Assembly (NCBI GenBank): GCA_051294375.1
Contig: CM119271.1
Coordinates: 13,011,039 to 13,074,899 of the forward strand
DNA: 63,861 nucleotides
DNA from: Paraspadella gotoi
Taxonomy: Eukaryota > Animalia > Chaetognatha
Direction: 5' to 3'
Part shown: positions 19,904 to 63,861 of the stretch, piece by piece
How the letters are laid out: each line of letters begins with the position of its first letter
How positions within the stretch are numbered: the first letter of the stretch is position 1
Position numbers and translations under genes: made by a program
Notes under the pieces: model-generated
What the model was told of the DNA's origin: nothing
The model's input: the letters and a program-made list of their open reading frames with translations, nothing else
Database searches by the model: none

Positions 19904-22369
19904 TAAAACCTTAGCTCAACATGACAAAAATAAATGATTTATCGAACGTTCTTTTTGACTTTTGAGGCATATCCAGAAAAAATCTACTTTTTTTTAAATA
20001 TGAACAATCATCTAGTCATATAGCTATAGAACTTTTATAATTTCATAGGTTTTAATATTTTAGAATTATTATAATTATTAGAAGTTGCACAAACTTTTTT
20101 AAAGGAATTTTTTTGCTTTACTTAAGACAGATAAGTTTTTATTTCTAGAGGTTGCCAAAGATGCCAACCTCATTCCCTCATTCTTTTTCCTCGCATAATT
20201 GTTCTGCGTATCCAGTCAGCTTTCCTCTTAGTATCGATCAAGAATCCATATCATTCAAAAAAAAAAAAAAATATTTTCGTAATATTTATCGCTGGCTTCA
20301 ATTTTGCATTTTAAACTAATGTTTTCTTTCAGGGATAATGAAATAATAGGAATAGTGTATGTTTAAACGTTTCAACTGTTTATGTAGGTTCAAGATAAGG
20401 ATTTTAATGATTTATGAAATAAAGATCCCTGAATCTGAACACTGGTTAGAATTTTTATTTCATCAAGCTTAAAAGAACTTTTTGCTAGTAGTTCGACAAT
20501 GATAACCGGGATGTTTATTCGTTCTCTCGGAACCACGTTGTTACAAAATTGCCACAACTGACGCGTATAATAAGTTGCTGATATATAGTTGTAAATTTTT
20601 TATACAAGTTTTAAAAAAAAAAATACCTATGCTGTTGTTATTTTAGGAGTACACTTTGCAATGCTTCTATAACTGTGATACGACATGTAATCATGGAGTA
20701 AATCAATCATGCATTCACTCGTTTTTGTGCTAACTTTGTCATTCTTTTCACAAATTTTTAAAAAATATGTTACCTTTCTGCTGTCTCTCCTTAGTTACTC
20801 TTTTTTAACCCTCCCTCTTTGAGTTTTGTGATCCTCTGTGAAAGCCTTTGCAAATAGCAGCTTCACTTTTTTTCTCATGGCCAATGTGGAAATCCCTCTG
20901 ACTACAGTCGCTCTAACGTCTAAATTCTATTCAAATTTAAATTATTTTAGTTATTTTTCCTCCTCTGCTTATTTCTATTTTATCCTAAAATCGTTGAAAT
21001 TACTTTTTCACTGCATTTTGGTCATGAGAACGGGAAACAGTTTTTACATCATTCACTGCCTTTAATGCCTTGAAATTCACTTTACCTTTGACGTGTTTCG
21101 CAAATAATAACAGGAAAAGCAAAAGACAGATGTTAAAGTTATTTTTTTAAATATTATGGCTGAGTGTATTTTTATATACTTCGGGCAGTCGTTGAATCTT
21201 TCAAGCCGCTGAACTAAGTATCAAAGGAGTCTGAATCTTTATTAGTCCCTGACTCAGGATGATTTTTAAAAATTGTTATTTTTCAGAAAAACACTATTAT
21301 TATTAACAGAAATATTTTTATGGTTAAAATACGTTCTCTTCCTGGATGAACAGTATTTTTATGAACATGTATCAAACGTGGTTTTTTTTTTTTGGTGCTA
21401 TTAACCGCAAGCCGCCAAGTCATCTGCTCACTTTGATGTATCCTATCTAATATTTTTACTTTACTATTCATAAAGTGAGCAGATAAAATCTTTTGAAAAA
21501 AGTAGAAAAATAGTGCTTTTTTGAAAAATTTAAAAAAATTTAATCATCCTACTGAATTGCTGACAAAAAAAACTGGAAAGTTGGTATTATAAAAAAAGTT
21601 GGCGTTAAAAAAAACAATCTTACTAGTCAGTAGACGTACAGTTTTAAAAAAGTATTGTGTTTACAATGTTGTGATTTGTTACATTTTACATGTTCAAGCC
21701 AAGGTGTTATCTAAATGCTTGTTAATTGCGAAAGGGTTCATCTGTCGTGATTATCTCCCTTATGTGATTTTGTAACCTATTGTCAGTTTATATAGATACA
21801 AAACTGAGTGAACCTTATAAGAAGTGATCATAGTAATTTTTTCTTGGTACTTTTATCAGTCAGTACCTGTTAATGTCATTTTTTTTGGTATTTTTAAATT
21901 TATGATAAAACCGATTGACGTTACTTTTTTTTGAAGATTCATCTCGTTCGAATTTTAAAAATGAATTCAACAAAAGATTTGTTAGTTCCATGCAAAATGA
22001 TTCTATTGTTCGTTCTTCGAAAACATTTTTATAATTGCAAGTTTGTTGTACATTATTAACCAGATTGCGGATTGAAAAATGTATTTGATTTTATGTCGTC
22101 GACGGATTTGACTGTAAAAGAAACGAAACTTTTGTTAATTTTTTTATTTTTTAAAGTTCGTTATCTTGTTAAAAAAAAAAGAATAAAAAAAAATGATGGC
22201 GATAACATATCATTACCAAGTGATTTTCTAAACGGGAGGATTTGGGTTTTTTTGAGTAATTGACATTTTGCTATTTTCTCTTTCTCTATCGAGTTTTGTT
22301 TCCATTAAATTTGAAAAACTTAAAATGAACTCGCTGCCCATTTTCTCTCTCGACTCACGTGCAACGGGA

Positions 22370-22454
<85 letters not shown>

Positions 22455-22577
22455 TTGTCACTGTGGTGAATGCAGTAGTGTTTTTATTTAATTATTTTAT
22501 TTTCATAGTTGCGCGCATTCATATTTTTTTACTTGACGTGGGAATTCTTTATTCTTTCGTCCACACTGTCGTTACTT

Positions 22578-22687
<110 letters not shown>

Positions 22688-23254
22688 ATCTCTCCTTTAC
22701 TGGAAATCAAAATTAGTGAAATAAAATTTAGCCAAGAATTTGTCATAATTCACTGCCATATTTATTTGTATAGTAATTCATTTACGAGTTAGGCACCATA
22801 ACATACATATATTTAGCTATTGTATATTTATCTGCTTACAGTTCGTCAGTTACTCTTGATGGATATTTACTATTAACTACTAATCTGGTCCGTGCGTGGA
22901 TCGCCTGATATGCAGTCCGGCGCATTAGTAATGTTTAGTAATAGTGACTTCTCAATAGACGATTGCTAAGTTGTGCTAAAATTAGTCCAAAGTTAGTTCA
23001 TAGTACGTCACGTAGATCTTTCTAGTCCTCCTCCGGATGAATGGTCCCTCCATCCGGCCGTCAGTCCGTCTGTCCGTCCCTCTATCAGTTAATGAATGTT
23101 AAAAGGGAAAAAAAGTGATACATCGATTCGTCTAAACATTTATCTTATCTCTCTTTCTTTTTCTCCCCCACGCACTCTCTCTCATTAGCTCTCTCTCTCT
23201 TGGCCGATTCGGCGAAATCAGGCGAGACTAGGCGGCGCGTGCGCTCTTCTCTCT

Positions 23255-43984
<20,730 letters not shown>

Positions 43985-45154
43985 TCGAAAAGACGTTTAA
44001 AAAATATACGAAAATCAACCCTACTGGCTACATTGTAAAAAAATAATAATTTAAAAAGTTTAAAGGTTGATCGATTGCACTTTTTAAAATATTTATTTAT
44101 TTAACATATAAAAATCAACAACGGATCACTGTACAAATGTGTTTCAGTATAGCATTTTTTTTTTCATGAGAAACCGAAAGGAAAATTAGCCTTTAGCACC
44201 ATTGTCAATGTAGCTAGTTACACAAAAAACTATGTAATAAGCGCAAAACTAATTTTATATTATTAGATGATGCGTAAAAAAACAAAACTATATACGAGAA
44301 TTTTTCTTAATTATTAATTACATAAAAGTTTCTAATGGCTTTATTGAGAAAGGCCAAGCGTAAAGCGTTATTTCCTACAAAGTAAATATTATGTTAATGA
44401 TTAATCAAAGAGAACGAGCATGTTCCAAAATTTAAGTTTCACGTAGATTTGTAAGGCCTTGCATAATAGTTCGTTTCGTCCTAAATAAGAAAAAAATGAG
44501 ATTTATTTTACAATTTTAATTAGGCACATATTTATGGCGATTGAGCCGAACACGAGAAGTTTTAAAATTGGTAATTAGGATAGTAAGATTCTTGAGAATA
44601 AATTGAATAATAGTATAATATCCAACAATATTATTTTAACGCTGTTGATTTGGCATGAAAACAGCTTTGGTTTATTCATCATTAAAAATTCCAAATTTTG
44701 GAATTAATATTCAGACCAAGCATCATTTTTAATTTCAAGAAAGTTACATAAAAAACGAATAAAAGTACTGTAGTCTCTAATTCGTGGCCAATCTGCATTG
44801 TAGTAATTATCGCCTAGAATGACAAATTATAGAAAAATAGAATCGTGTGAGAAAAAAAAGTAATATTAAAGAAAACAAGAAGCTAAATGCGGTTCTTTCA
44901 AAACAATTAAAACGTTCAAGAGATAATAATAATTGGTAAACGAATATATTTGGAAATAATCCAAAAAAATGTACAAAATTACAAGATTTAAAACAAAAAT
45001 AACATTGCAACTCCCGCTCAAAAAAAAAAAAAAAAAAAACCCAAACAAAAAACATTCAGCCAACAAACAAACGAACATTTTCGGCAGTGATTTCAGCGCC
45101 CCCCCCTCAAACAAAAACAGATCATAACAACAACGACAACGGTGGATCCTCGGG

Positions 45155-61835
<16,681 letters not shown>

Positions 61836-62898
61836 CGTTCAGAAGAATAAGAATTGAGTATCACACGTTTTTTCTTTTCTTTTATTTCTTTTTTTTTTTT
61901 TTTTTTGAGGACAAAAATTTGGGCTTTTTTTTTTTCTATTTCAGAAAAGAAGAGAGTTGGTAAAGGAGGACGATCGGTCGAGATTTGAGAGAGAGACAGC
62001 GCTAGATGAGTTTCTTTGAGTCGATTGGATCGAATTTTAAAGTTGGAGAGGGTTGGAGTTTTTATTATTTTATTGCACTGGACGTAAAAATATTGGGCGG
62101 ACCAAACATCTGGAACTGAAGAGTGGAAACGAATTTATAACATTTTTTTTTTTAAATTTAGTTGAATAAATTTCGTTGATAATTAAACACAATGATGTTT
62201 AACTTTTTAAAAAAAATCTTTAAAAAAAACATTATTATCCGTAACTCGGTAATGTCAAACATTAGCCAAAATTTTGTTACCTCAACTGTTTTCTGTTTAT
62301 TCAATTCTAATTGCATAATCTTAAAACTTTGAACCCTTAAATATTATATCTGGTTTTTTATCATCGCAGGACTAACAAGATCGTGAAAGGAAACAAGATT
62401 GAATATTCCCATCCAGTTTCTCTCTGGACCATGCAAGCTGTCATGCACAGCAGCGTGATCCCTGTCCACACTTGTTTTCTCTATCTCCCCCCTTAATTCC
62501 AACGACACGAGGTTTCCCCTCAATCTCGGTCTCATCACCTCTCCTCTCTCTTCTCTTACTCTCTCATCTACTACTCCTCCTCCGTCCTCCCGTCGATGAG
62601 GTCTCAAACACGTGCTCTCTCTCCCCCCTCTTTCGTATTGACTTGACTAGCACCTTACCCGAACCGGGCCTCATGTAAATTGGCCGAATGTCTCTCTGTC
62701 TCTCTCTCTCTATCCTCTCTCTCTCATCTCTCTCTCTCTCTCTCTCCCCCGTCCGGATGAGGTCTCAAACCGAGCAACCGAGTCTTAAACGTACTACAGG
62801 AAAAAGAAAAGCCAGAATTCGATTGAAAACAAAACTCATCGGTCATTTTTATAAAGTCATTTTTCCCTCAATCGATATCGTCGTTATCGTGGTCCTTT

Positions 62899-62930
<32 letters not shown>

Positions 62931-63311
62931 GACGTCACCTTTATCGTTTCAAAGATCAAGATTTCGCGTCGAATTTTCTTGTCCAAACTTGAGGAAAAAA
63001 AAATCGAATCCGATTGAATCTTTTTTTTTTTTTGGTTTCGAGATCAGAAACTATTTTTCTTATTTGTGAAATCTCGATCTAAAACGCAATAAAATACATC
63101 AAATTACAACATTAAAAAAAAAGAAAAACTTTTAATGATAACAAAACTATCATCTTCATCCATGAGCAAAAAACAAAACGAAAAAAAAAAAACAACAACT
63201 AAACCAAATTAAAAATTTAACCAATCGGCGAACAAAACATTTCAAAAAATAAATACAAACCTTTCGGCGTGCCTTTCTACATTTCGTTCTACATTTCTAA
63301 ACAACGGCGCC

Positions 63312-63804
63312 ATGGTGAGACATTCTCCCACGCTCGTCCCGTTTCCTTCGAGGATTGGGGACGAGCCCGACGCTGCAGGGAATCGGCCTCCGCCGCCGTC
63401 GCCGCATGGCCAGTATTCGATGGAGGCTGCAGCTTGGGCGGCGGCGGCGGCTGCCGCGGAGAAGGAGAGAGCTAAGGCGGAAAAGGCCCCGCAAGGTGGT
63501 CCGGCGCCGCAAGGTGGTCCGGCGCCGCAAGGTGGTCCGGCGCCACAAGGTGGTCCGGCGCCGCAATATGGTCCGGCGCCGCAATATGGACCAGCGCCGC
63601 AAGATGGTCCGGCGCCGCAAGGTGGTCCGGCGCCGCAAGATGGTCNNNNNNNNNNNNNNNNNNNNNAGGGGCGACCTCCGCCGACGAGGGCGTTCGGTGC
63701 CGGCCCGTCTCCGCCGAATTCCGGCGAAGGGGAATCCTCCGGTTCGTCCGGCTCAACGAGATCAAATTCGCCGCCGGAAATTTTGTCGCCGCCGAAAACG
63801 AACG
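63312..63804 (+). CDS. First coding exon of an unidentified Pro/Gly/Ala-rich protein with (GGPAPQ)n repeats; continues beyond the window
   Basis: ggcgccATGG at 63312. Open frame MVRHSPTLVPFPSRIGDEPDAAGNRPPPPSPHGQYSMEAAAWAAAAAAAEKERAKAEKAPQGGPAPQGGP... into an N-gap, then an open frame GRPPPTRAF...SPPKTN G|gtaagt donor. Confidence 0.6.
63487..63645 (+). repeat. 18-bp coding minisatellite (gcgccgcaaggtggtccg, ~9 copies, truncated by an N-gap)
   Basis: Direct reading. Confidence 0.92.
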
Positions 63805-63861
63805 GTAAGTCGCAGTTGTTTTGTTTTTCTTTTGTTTTTGTTTTGTTTTATGAGGGGGGGG

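Overview
Eukaryotic, intron-rich, microsatellite-rich invertebrate-type genomic DNA from a draft assembly with N-gaps and noisy, indel-rich stretches. Most ORF-track entries are (CT)n/(GA)n noise; the real genes are spliced and were rebuilt by hand from GT-AG phases. Genes found: (1) a calmodulin-like gene (+, 1828/2781-10613) with two apparently mutually exclusive N-terminal exons; (2) a mitochondrial-type J-domain gene (+, 13574-14546); (3) PEDS1/TMEM189 (+, 15565-19903); (4) a ~1060-aa soluble protein with an N-terminal TIR domain, a putative beta-barrel and a long motif-rich disordered tail (+, 24326-43984), interrupted by a tandem and an inverted duplication that look partly artefactual; (5) a convergent signal peptide-LRR-TM receptor with no TIR domain and an ITIM-like tail (-, 61835-45155); (6) the first exon of a Pro/Gly-repeat gene at the right edge. 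The most notable observations are a non-autonomous Transib/RAG-like element with perfect CACAGTG heptamers, 12- and 22/23-spaced nonamer-like motifs and a CGNCG 5-bp target duplication, nested in an hAT-like element in a PEDS1 intron; the tail-to-tail TIR-only plus LRR-only pair (possible 'split Toll-like receptor'); and a dispersed family of minimal hammerhead ribozyme motifs.
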